The notes under the pieces: model-generated
The model's database searches: none
Seen by the model: the letters and a program-made list of their open reading frames with translations, nothing else
What the model was told of the DNA's origin: nothing
Assembly (NCBI GenBank): GCA_045597865.1
Contig: JAZLKX010000025.1
Span: forward strand, 192,001 to 256,000
Length of the DNA: 64,000 bases
Reading direction: 5' to 3'
DNA from: Bacilli bacterium
GTDB taxonomy: Bacteria > Bacillota_I > Bacilli_A > RFN20 > CAG-826
In this document: in pieces, positions 1 to 8,106 of the stretch
Layout of the letters: every line of letters begins with the position of its first letter
How positions within the stretch are numbered: position 1 is the stretch's first letter
Program-made: the position numbers and the translations under genes

Positions 1-749
1 GGGATGTTGAATTATTAAACAAACACTTTGTAGTAAATGTCTTAGACATCCATAATCCATTTGAAGAAAAGATTTCAACTCACACGATTATTGATCACAT
101 CAAAAATGGTGAGATTGAAAAAGCAAATAAAGAACTTGGTTATCACTACGCCATTACTGGTAAAGTAGTCCAAGGAAAGAAAAAAGGAAGAGTTCTTGGC
201 TTCCCAACAATGAATGTTAAACCTGTCGCGAACTATGTTCTCCCTAAGTTTGGTGTTTATAAATTACGTGTTGTCGTGGGTGTCCGTGAATACCTTGGCA
301 TGACAAATGTAGGCATGAGACCAACACTTGGTTATGAAGGTGAAGAAGCCGGTATTGAAACACACTTAATTGATATCAAAATCGATGAACTTTATGGTGA
401 AGAAGTCATCGTTACTTTTGAAGAATTCATCCGTGAAGAAAAGAAGTTTGATTCAGTAGATGAGCTTAAAGCTCAAATAGCAAGAGATTTGGAAAGTATT
501 AAGAAAACAGTACCAGCTCAAGGAAACTATCGACCAATGGTTGATAATTCACCTCTAAAACTTTCAGATAACCTAGATAGACTTGTTATTGATTTTGGTT
601 ACAATCCAGATATTGTCAGAAAAGTTTTATCTAACTCAATTGTCACTGTTAGAGGCTTCCTTGGAAGTGAAGAAGCACTTAAAAATGTATTAACTCCAGA
701 AGAGCTAAATGACCTCAAAAAAGTTATTGCTTCTCACATGATTTATTAA
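1..749 (+). CDS. ribF: Bifunctional riboflavin kinase/FAD synthetase (5' partial) with a ~80 aa C-terminal extension
   Basis: The frame of ORF 210..749 is open back to the window start and reads KISTHTI...GKVVQGKKKGRVLGFPTMN, then NVGMRPT, ETHL, FIREEKKF and LKAQIARD, which are RibF kinase motifs. Confidence 0.93.
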   Translation, partial: DVELLNKHFVVNVLDIHNPFEEKISTHTIIDHIKNGEIEKANKELGYHYAITGKVVQGKKKGRVLGFPTMNVKPVANYVLPKFGVYKLRVVVGVREYLGMTNVGMRPTLGYEGEEAGIETHLIDIKIDELYGEEVIVTFEEFIREEKKFDSVDELKAQIARDLESIKKTVPAQGNYRPMVDNSPLKLSDNLDRLVIDFGYNPDIVRKVLSNSIVTVRGFLGSEEALKNVLTPEELNDLKKVIASHMIY

Positions 750-773
750 CCAAAAAACACTCAAAAATTGATC

Positions 774-803
774 AAAAAATGCTTCGAAATTCGAGGCATT
801 TTT
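774..803 (+). terminator. Intrinsic terminator after ribF
   Basis: Inverted repeat AAAAATGCTTCGAA / TTCGAGGCATTTTT with a T-rich tail. Confidence 0.75.
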
Positions 804-829
804 CTTTATAAAAAGAATGGAATTTTTAA

Positions 830-875
830 AGAAAACGCTATCATAAATGATAAAGCGCTTACGTAAACGCTTTCA
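830..875. promoter_or_regulatory. Three clustered cre/LacI-family-like operator sites
   Basis: AGAAAACGCTATCA (830-843), ATAAAGCGCTTACG (850-863) and CGTAAACGCTTTCA (862-875) resemble the CcpA cre consensus TGWAANCGNTNWCA, each with a central CG. Confidence 0.55.
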
Positions 876-980
876 AAAATTAGTTCGATGAATTCGAGCT
901 TTTTAAATTATAGGTTGTTGACTATAGGTATCTATATATAATATATATAAGTTTTTTATACGTATAAGGAGACCAGACTT

Positions 981-3900
981 ATGAGAAAAAATAGACTTAT
1001 CGCATTAATCGGAACACTTACAATGGCAGCCGCAGGACTTGCTGCTGTTTCAGCTGGTGTTTCAAGTAAGGAAGCAGACAGTGTTAGTGCTTACGGAAAA
1101 GATGACACTACCTGGTTTGTTACAGGCGATTTTAACAGTTGGAATAAAGCTGATAGCAATGCTCATTTAACTTATTCAAAAGATTCTGGAAATAACTGGG
1201 AATTTGCTTCTGACAATCCTATTGGTCTTGACAAGGATAGTAAGTTTAATATTGTTTACTCTTGGAATAGCGGCGCTGGTTATAATACTTTTACTCCTGA
1301 TTTGCTTACTAATTCAACCGATTTTACTAAAGAAAATGATTATTTTGTTCCTAGCAGAAATATTAAGGTAAATTTTTATTTACAAATTTATGGTTCAGGA
1401 GCTTCTTGGACAGGTCTTTATTGGTCTGAAGTTAAAAGCACATTGACAGTAAATACTAGTAGCTCAACAATGGGTTCTGTTTCTGCAACAAAAACTTCTA
1501 ATATTGCTTATAAAGAAAATGTAACTATTACAGCAACCCCAAAGACTGGTTATCATTTTGTTGAATGGAATGATGGAAATACAACTGCATCTAGGAGCGT
1601 TTCAGTTACTGATGATGTAAGTTATACTGCAACATTTGCTGCTAATACTGATACTGAGTATGCAGTGAAACACTATAAAGAAGATTTAACTGGTGGCACA
1701 TATACACTTTCAGATACGGATTATTCAACTGGTACAACTGGTGCAAATACTGCAGCTACTGCAAAATCATATGAAGGTTTTACTGCTCCATCAATTACTC
1801 AACAACCAATTGCTGGTGATGGAAGCACTGTTATTAATCTTAACTATACAAGAAATTCACATACATTAACTTGGGATTTTGATGGTGGATCTACTTCATC
1901 AGCATCAGGTTCTTACACAACCGGTTCAGTTAAATATGGAACAACAATTGTTGCACCAAACAATCCGACAAAGAATGGATTTGTATTTAATGGTTGGTCT
2001 GCAAGTATTCCTGCAACAATGCCAGATAGTGATGTAACAATAACAGCTACATGGATTGAAGAAACAAAAACAACATATCAAGTTCGTTGGTTAAATGGTG
2101 ATGGATCAGTTTTAAAAACTGAACAAGTTGAAGAAGGAACTGTTCCTTCATATAGCGGAACCGCACCAACCAAAGCTCAAGATACACAATACACTTATGC
2201 ATTTAGCGCTTGGTCTCCAACACCTTCTGCATTATATGCAGCTCAAGATTTTACTCCTACATTTACTCCTACGTTGAGAGGTTATACTATTACTTGGAAA
2301 AACGGAGATGGAACAACTATTGAAACTGATGAAGATGTAAAATATGGTGACACACCAACTTATAATGGCTCAACCCCTACAAAAACACCAACTACAGAAT
2401 ATTCATATACTTGGGATGAGGGTTGGACACCGGCTGTCACATCAGTTACTGGTGATGCAACTTATGTTGCAACATTTGAAAGTATAAAGAGTAAATACAC
2501 AATTTCTTGGAATGTCGGAGATGGTACAATTACAAGTGGTGATTCCGATTATACACATGGTTTAGTCGAATACGGAACAGCAATTGTTGCTCCAGAAGTT
2601 AGTAAACCAGGTTATGAATTAGCATCATGGTCTCCAGCATTAGGCTATAGTGCAACTGTTACTGGTGATCAAGAATTTGTTGCAAATTATAGAGTTCCAG
2701 CAGGCCAATACATTATTGGTGGCTTTAATAGTTGGGCTGAAAATGCTACCGGCGTTAAAATGAGCCCACTTGAGGAAAGCGGTGCTGGCGAATATGATCG
2801 TATTGCTGAGCATGTTGCTGTTAATCAAGCAAATGAAGTGCAAATGATATGGGTTAGTAGCAGTGATTATGCAATTCAATACAAAAATGCTTACAGCGTA
2901 ACCTACTACAATTCTCCATCTGGCCGTTGTGTTGCTGGAACAAAAACTGAAGGTGATTCTGGCAAGAGTGGTGATAATGCAGTATTACCAATAGCTGGTT
3001 CATACACTATTAAAACATATAAAGATAACGAACTTGATGACAAGTATAGACACTATGCTGTTATATTAGAAGAATATAAACTCGAATTTAATATGGGTGG
3101 TCATGGTACTGCTCCAAATACCGAATATGCATTATATAATGAAGCATTTGCAGAACCAATTGCACCAGCAAAAGATGGAAATTATACCTTTGCTGGCTGG
3201 TATACAGATACAAATTATGCGACAGAATTTGATTTCACAACCGCATATAATGCTAATAAGGTTGCATATGCAAAATGGAACTATGATTCTGTTCCAGTAA
3301 CAATTTCATTCAATACTAATGGTGGAACTACAATTAGCCCAATAAGTGGAAATTCTGGTCAATCTTATTCAAAACCAGCAGATCCGACAAAAACAAATCA
3401 TATTTTTGCAGGATGGACTTGGTCAGGACAAACAACACCAACCAACTTGCCTGATGTTTTACCTGATGCCGAAACTGAGTATACAGCAAATTGGACATTA
3501 GAAAGTGGTACATATTTGGCAATTATGCCAAATGGTTCATCTTCAATGCCAAGAGATGGTCAACTTAAATTTGATGTCCATCAAGGAACACAATTAGTTG
3601 TTAAAGGATTAGAATTGCATGAAGGCGATCAAATCAGACCATATTTTGGTTATGGAGAAAGTGATTGGAATAATATCAATTCTTATACATGGTCTCATCC
3701 AGACTATGCTGTATCAAAATCTGGTGATAATGTTTTAATTTCTGAAGATGGAATTTATGATATCTATTTCACATATGACACTTGTGCAATGCATGTTTCA
3801 GTTCCAGCTGAGCCAGAAAATGGTCGTTATTTAGTCGTTAATGGCGATACATCTAAGGATGCCTTAAAAGTTATGAGTGAACACTCAGGCTATACTGGAA

Positions 3901-4565
3901 CTGAATTCCTTTATAACGGAAACTTTGCTGCTGGTGATAAAATCTCTGCATACTATCAAGATTCATCAAAAGCTACTCAATATTATCCAGAACTTAACGA
4001 ATCAGTTAAGGTTTGGGAATATGTAGAAAATGAAGGATTAGTATGTCCAGAAGATGGCAACTACTCAATTTATTTGATTTCCGAGGATGGCGGAGATACA
4101 TATAACAAAATTTCTATTTTCAAAGAAGGCGAAGCAGACGCTAATGAATTTGCTAAGAATTTCTTGAGTGCAATTAAAGGACTTTGCGAAGCAACAGAAA
4201 ATATTAATGATGAAGATCGTGGAACAAAACTTGATGCTTTAGAATCTGCTTGGGATACTCAAGCTGGTAATTATGGCGAACTTTCTAACCAAGCTAAACA
4301 AGCATTAGTTGCACTTCAACCAGATCAAGAAGGAAATCCAATCCAACAATTCTTATCATTATATGATTACACAATTTCTAGATATAATGATGGTTCTGAA
4401 GTTGAATTAGATAACTTCTTAAATAGAACAGTTTCTGCATCAAGTAGAAAACTTATTTCTATAAGTGATGTTTCTACATCAACATGGATTATTGCAACAG
4501 TTGCAGTCGTTGGTATTGCAGCAGTTGGCGTATTCTTCATCTATAGAAAACGCAAAGAAATTTAA
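981..4565 (+). CDS. Large surface protein with InlB B-repeat (Listeria-Bacteroides)-like repeats, SusE/F-like modules and a C-terminal membrane anchor
   Basis: AAGGAG RBS and an N-terminal signal peptide. Repeated F.T.GG...P..PTK.G..F.GW units; VTGDFNSW and IIGGFNSW motifs; C-terminal hydrophobic helix followed by RKRKEI; no LPXTG. Confidence 0.8.
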   Translation: MRKNRLIALIGTLTMAAAGLAAVSAGVSSKEADSVSAYGKDDTTWFVTGDFNSWNKADSNAHLTYSKDSGNNWEFASDNPIGLDKDSKFNIVYSWNSGAGYNTFTPDLLTNSTDFTKENDYFVPSRNIKVNFYLQIYGSGASWTGLYWSEVKSTLTVNTSSSTMGSVSATKTSNIAYKENVTITATPKTGYHFVEWNDGNTTASRSVSVTDDVSYTATFAANTDTEYAVKHYKEDLTGGTYTLSDTDYSTGTTGANTAATAKSYEGFTAPSITQQPIAGDGSTVINLNYTRNSHTLTWDFDGGSTSSASGSYTTGSVKYGTTIVAPNNPTKNGFVFNGWSASIPATMPDSDVTITATWIEETKTTYQVRWLNGDGSVLKTEQVEEGTVPSYSGTAPTKAQDTQYTYAFSAWSPTPSALYAAQDFTPTFTPTLRGYTITWKNGDGTTIETDEDVKYGDTPTYNGSTPTKTPTTEYSYTWDEGWTPAVTSVTGDATYVATFESIKSKYTISWNVGDGTITSGDSDYTHGLVEYGTAIVAPEVSKPGYELASWSPALGYSATVTGDQEFVANYRVPAGQYIIGGFNSWAENATGVKMSPLEESGAGEYDRIAEHVAVNQANEVQMIWVSSSDYAIQYKNAYSVTYYNSPSGRCVAGTKTEGDSGKSGDNAVLPIAGSYTIKTYKDNELDDKYRHYAVILEEYKLEFNMGGHGTAPNTEYALYNEAFAEPIAPAKDGNYTFAGWYTDTNYATEFDFTTAYNANKVAYAKWNYDSVPVTISFNTNGGTTISPISGNSGQSYSKPADPTKTNHIFAGWTWSGQTTPTNLPDVLPDAETEYTANWTLESGTYLAIMPNGSSSMPRDGQLKFDVHQGTQLVVKGLELHEGDQIRPYFGYGESDWNNINSYTWSHPDYAVSKSGDNVLISEDGIYDIYFTYDTCAMHVSVPAEPENGRYLVVNGDTSKDALKVMSEHSGYTGTEFLYNGNFAAGDKISAYYQDSSKATQYYPELNESVKVWEYVENEGLVCPEDGNYSIYLISEDGGDTYNKISIFKEGEADANEFAKNFLSAIKGLCEATENINDEDRGTKLDALESAWDTQAGNYGELSNQAKQALVALQPDQEGNPIQQFLSLYDYTISRYNDGSEVELDNFLNRTVSASSRKLISISDVSTSTWIIATVAVVGIAAVGVFFIYRKRKEI

Positions 4566-4585
4566 TCTTTGATTAAAAACTTAAT

Positions 4586-4613
4586 AAGGTGAGTCGAAAG
4601 ATTCACCTTTTTT
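4586..4613 (+). terminator. Intrinsic terminator
   Basis: AAGGTGAGTC-GAAA-GATTCACCTT followed by a T run. Confidence 0.85.
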
Positions 4614-4672
4614 ATAAAATATCAAAAAATGATGAAAGTGTTTGTTTTATAACGCTAAAATATAATGACATT

Positions 4673-4925
4673 GTGTTTTTACACTGGACTGCTCGTTTGG
4701 ATTCGGTGAGCCCTTAAATTGTCAGAAAAAAGCGTAAGGAGAAGTTCATGCTACTATTAGCAGTTTTAAAAGTGGTCATGGCTTCCGTGAGTTGATGGAT
4801 TTGTCGAGAAATTGACAGAAATACATCGTCAACTCTCTGAGCCGATGTACTAACCATATTAGTAACCATCTTTTTTGCGTTACTATAAGAAACTTTATTA
4901 CCGCCTCCCTCGGGAGGCTCTTTTT
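4673..4925 (+). ncRNA. Candidate stand-alone structured RNA of unassigned family; contains a 15-codon ORF
   Basis: TATAAT at 4661-4666, several nested helices with G-U pairs favouring the + strand, a GAAA tetraloop at 4808-4811 and its own terminator. The 5' end is inferred from the -10 box. Confidence 0.5.
4903..4925 (+). terminator. Intrinsic terminator closing the candidate RNA
   Basis: GCCTCC-CTCG-GGAGGC followed by TCTTTTT. Confidence 0.85.
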
Positions 4926-4980
4926 ATTTTTAAAAATTGCGCGCGTGTAATATCTTTTAATTTAATATATAATAATAGCA

Positions 4981-5766
4981 ATGAATTCTGATATTAAGAT
5001 TATCTTTGTAGATATAGATTGGACACTTCTTGATCATTGTGCTCATGATTTTGACTATGTTTCTATAGAAGGACTTAAGAAAGCCCAAGAAAATGGTGTT
5101 TTAGTCTATTTAAACACTGCTAGACCTTATGAATCAGTTAACCAGATTGAATTACTTAAGAAATTCAAACCAGATGGCTTAATATGCACAAATGGTGGTC
5201 TTATCTTTTCTAATGACAGAGTCATTATGAAAAACATCATTCCAAGTAACTTTGTATCTAAAGTATTAGAGGTTTGTAATAAGAAGCATTTAGAAGTAGA
5301 GTATGGCACTATTAAAGATAGATATTTTTCAGTTCCATCTAATAAATACGTTACAAGATATTTCCAAACATTTAATGAAAAACCATGTCCTGTAAAAGAA
5401 TACACAGGTGAAGAAGTAACAAGTCTTCTTTTAATGTGTCCAAAACGTTTCGATAAACGTCTTTTAAAACGCATTCCAAAAGAGCTAGATTATTTTAGAT
5501 TTCATCCTTATGGAGTTGATATTCGTTACATAAGAAATGATAAAGGCAAAGCTATTGATTTTGTATTAAAATATCATAACTTAAGTTATGATAATGCACT
5601 CTCAATTGGTGATGATATGCAAGACATTTTTATGTTTGAGAAAACCAAATATTCCGCTGCAATGGGCAATGGTTTAGAAGAAGTAAAAAAGGCCGCAACA
5701 TACATTGCTAAGCCTATTAGTGAAAATGGTGTGCTTGATGCACTAAAATATTTCAAAGTTATTTAA
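4981..5766 (+). CDS. Cof-type HAD-IIB family phosphatase
   Basis: Motif I DIDWTLL, motif II NTAR, CTNGG, KGKA, motif IV GDDMQD, MGNG. Confidence 0.9.
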   Translation: MNSDIKIIFVDIDWTLLDHCAHDFDYVSIEGLKKAQENGVLVYLNTARPYESVNQIELLKKFKPDGLICTNGGLIFSNDRVIMKNIIPSNFVSKVLEVCNKKHLEVEYGTIKDRYFSVPSNKYVTRYFQTFNEKPCPVKEYTGEEVTSLLLMCPKRFDKRLLKRIPKELDYFRFHPYGVDIRYIRNDKGKAIDFVLKYHNLSYDNALSIGDDMQDIFMFEKTKYSAAMGNGLEEVKKAATYIAKPISENGVLDALKYFKVI

Positions 5767-6232
5767 TAAACTTCCTTAAATCTACAGGACGTTTTTTAAA
5801 CATAACCACATAGATAAAGTAAATAAAGCAATTTAATAGTAAATAGCTTCCTATTGAAAGAACTACAAACATTGAAGTTCTGATAGGTTCTTCATTTCTA
5901 GTGAAAAACACTGTTAATGCAAGAGCAACTAAGCCAGCACCAAAGATAGTGCCAACAATAACTGCTACTAAAGGAACATTATTGACGTGTTGGTTTTCAT
6001 TAAAAGCAATTTTGTACAAAGAGCTTTCTTTTTTCCAACCTTTAATCATTACAACAAACTCTAAAAGTAAGAATCCTGCAGTTAACATTAATGCTATTAT
6101 TGAAAGAATATAGCCATTAGCTAATGTATTAAATACGTGTATTAATCCAAGAATAATGATTGCAAGTGGAATAAGTAGCAAGAAACATGCTACTAGTCTA
6201 AATGCAACATTTTTTCTTTCTTCAAAATTCAT
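5759..6232 (-). CDS. Hypothetical integral membrane protein (~4 TM)
   Basis: 157-aa ORF with four hydrophobic segments; fills the gap between flanking genes. Confidence 0.75.
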   Translation of the reverse strand: MNFEERKNVAFRLVACFLLLIPLAIIILGLIHVFNTLANGYILSIIALMLTAGFLLLEFVVMIKGWKKESSLYKIAFNENQHVNNVPLVAVIVGTIFGAGLVALALTVFFTRNEEPIRTSMFVVLSIGSYLLLNCFIYFIYVVMFKKRPVDLRKFIK

Positions 6233-6269
6233 ACGTAAATTTTAACTGAAAATTTTATAAAATCAAATA

Positions 6270-6298
6270 TTGATTTAAGGGCTTTCATTAATTATAAT
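6270..6298 (+). promoter_or_regulatory. SigA-type promoter of the maltodextrin ABC operon
   Basis: TTGATT-17 bp-TATAAT. The spacer holds a degenerate cre-like sequence, TTTAAGGGCTTTCA (6274-6287). Confidence 0.6.
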
Positions 6299-6334
6299 AA
6301 TTACAATATTGTAATAGGACAAGAGAGAATAATT

Positions 6335-8101
6335 ATGAAAAACAGAAAAACCAGATTTTCGATTATTGCATGTTCTGCATTAGCGTTTTTTGCCGTTTTG
6401 CCATTATCAAGCTGCGGCTCATCATTTGATTCATACGCTTCTGTAAGACTTGAATTTTCAGAGAAACAAATGTCTTTAGGTGAATCTTTAGCCTTAAAAG
6501 CTTCAGTCACCAAAGGATTTGAAGGAGACATTCGTTGGTTCTCATCCAATGAAGGTGTTGTCTACATCAAAGACGGATATGCATTCGCTGTCGGTCTTGG
6601 CACCGCTAAAGTTACAGCAGCATTTGCTGGTGGCTATGCCGATGCAACAATTACCGTTGTAGAAGGCGAAGGCGGAGATGTTACAGGAGATCGTTTATCG
6701 ATTTCTCCAAAGACAAAAACTGTTTCTCCAAGTGGTTCTTTCAAAATTGCATGTTCAATTTCTCCAGCAGATGCAACTGTAACATTCGCTTCTGGTAACG
6801 AAGCTGTTGCAACTGTTGATGCTCAAGGCAATGTTACTGCTGTTGCAGCTGGTACTACAAATATTACTGTTACAGGTAGCAATGGCAAAGTTGCTATTTG
6901 TGTTGTCACTGTTTCAGAAGGCGGTGGTGGAGACGATCCATCAGGTCGTGATATCGCTGTCGATACAAATCTTAACTATTCAGGTGTTTCAATTAGAGTT
7001 GGTGCTCCTAAGAACCAAGTTGCTTGGATGAACTCAATTTTAGGTGAATTCAACTCCTTAACACATTCATCAATTTCATTTACAGTTTCTGAATTCGAAG
7101 AAGGAGATGGTGTTTCTAACCTTCCAACTGCTGAATCAGCTCCAGATATCTTCCCATATGCTTCTGACCAAACATTAAGCTTCTATCAATTAGGTGCTTT
7201 ATCAAATGTTTCACGTAGTGATGCAAACTGGATTAAAGAAACAATGGGTCAAGATGCATACGATGCAGCAAGACTTCAAAACGTTGTTGGTATTCCATTT
7301 ACATCTGATAACGGTGCTGTCATGTTCTATGATAAGTCAGTCGTTTCAGATCCAAGTCAAATTGATACTCTCGATGAATTATTTGATTTAGCTGATGAAA
7401 AGGACTTAGAAGTCAACATTGCTTATGGTAATGGTTTCTATTGTGCTCCAATTCTTCAAACTTATGGTAGTGGAACTTCACTATACTCATTAACTCCAAC
7501 AGATCGTGCTTATAATGCAACATCAACATTCGCAAGTGATGCTGGTTTACAAGGTGCAAAACTCCTCAAACGTCTTATTGACGAACCATCAATTAGAAAC
7601 GTTTCAACAGTTCCAGGAAAGAATGACGTTCTTGCCACAATCGTTGATGTTTCTAAGGTTGCTTCATTCAAGAATGAAATGGGCGATAAATATGCAACAG
7701 CACCTCTTCCATTTGTTAGTGAAGGTGGACCAAGACTTGGCTCATATCTAGGTTACAAGTTCTATGGTGTTAATAACACCCTTTCAGCCGCAAACAAAAC
7801 AATCGCATTCAATGTTGCAAAATTCTTAGCAAGTGAATACGTTCAAGCAAAGAGATTTGATTCATACATGGCTAAACCAACCAATATTGATTTGGCTGAA
7901 TACGCAATGAGTGAATCTCATATTCAATCTTTGACAGAACAATCAAAGAATAACGGAACAATCTTACTTACAGCTTGTGGTCTTGAACTTTGGTCCGAAA
8001 CTGCAACTGCAACTCAAAGTATTAAAGCTTTACCTGCTAATGCAAGTGATAATGACTTCATGGAGATTTTGAGAGTCTTAGACGGTGCTCTTGAAAGATA
8101 G
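6335..8101 (+). CDS. malE: Maltodextrin ABC substrate-binding lipoprotein with two N-terminal Ig-like (Big_2) domains
   Basis: Lipobox LSSC; two W/F.SS/GN..V..V..G.V.AV..GT..IT repeats; then a sugar-binding-protein region (APDIFPYASDQ, MFYDKS, GYKFYGVN). Lies directly upstream of malFG/malK. Confidence 0.75.
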   Translation: MKNRKTRFSIIACSALAFFAVLPLSSCGSSFDSYASVRLEFSEKQMSLGESLALKASVTKGFEGDIRWFSSNEGVVYIKDGYAFAVGLGTAKVTAAFAGGYADATITVVEGEGGDVTGDRLSISPKTKTVSPSGSFKIACSISPADATVTFASGNEAVATVDAQGNVTAVAAGTTNITVTGSNGKVAICVVTVSEGGGGDDPSGRDIAVDTNLNYSGVSIRVGAPKNQVAWMNSILGEFNSLTHSSISFTVSEFEEGDGVSNLPTAESAPDIFPYASDQTLSFYQLGALSNVSRSDANWIKETMGQDAYDAARLQNVVGIPFTSDNGAVMFYDKSVVSDPSQIDTLDELFDLADEKDLEVNIAYGNGFYCAPILQTYGSGTSLYSLTPTDRAYNATSTFASDAGLQGAKLLKRLIDEPSIRNVSTVPGKNDVLATIVDVSKVASFKNEMGDKYATAPLPFVSEGGPRLGSYLGYKFYGVNNTLSAANKTIAFNVAKFLASEYVQAKRFDSYMAKPTNIDLAEYAMSESHIQSLTEQSKNNGTILLTACGLELWSETATATQSIKALPANASDNDFMEILRVLDGALER

Positions 8102-8106
8102 TATTT

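Noticed and set aside
928-950. (AT)-rich run in the promoter as a phase-variation tract
   Set aside because: Short and interrupted; expected in an AT-rich promoter.
4838-4870. GAGCCGATG resembling group II intron domain V
   Set aside because: The rest of the domain V/VI hairpin and any reverse transcriptase ORF are missing.
5759-5766. Convergent gene overlaps here (8 nt) and at plsC/rsmF (42112-42147, 36 nt)
   Set aside because: Short tail-to-tail overlaps are common in compact genomes, with no sign of function.
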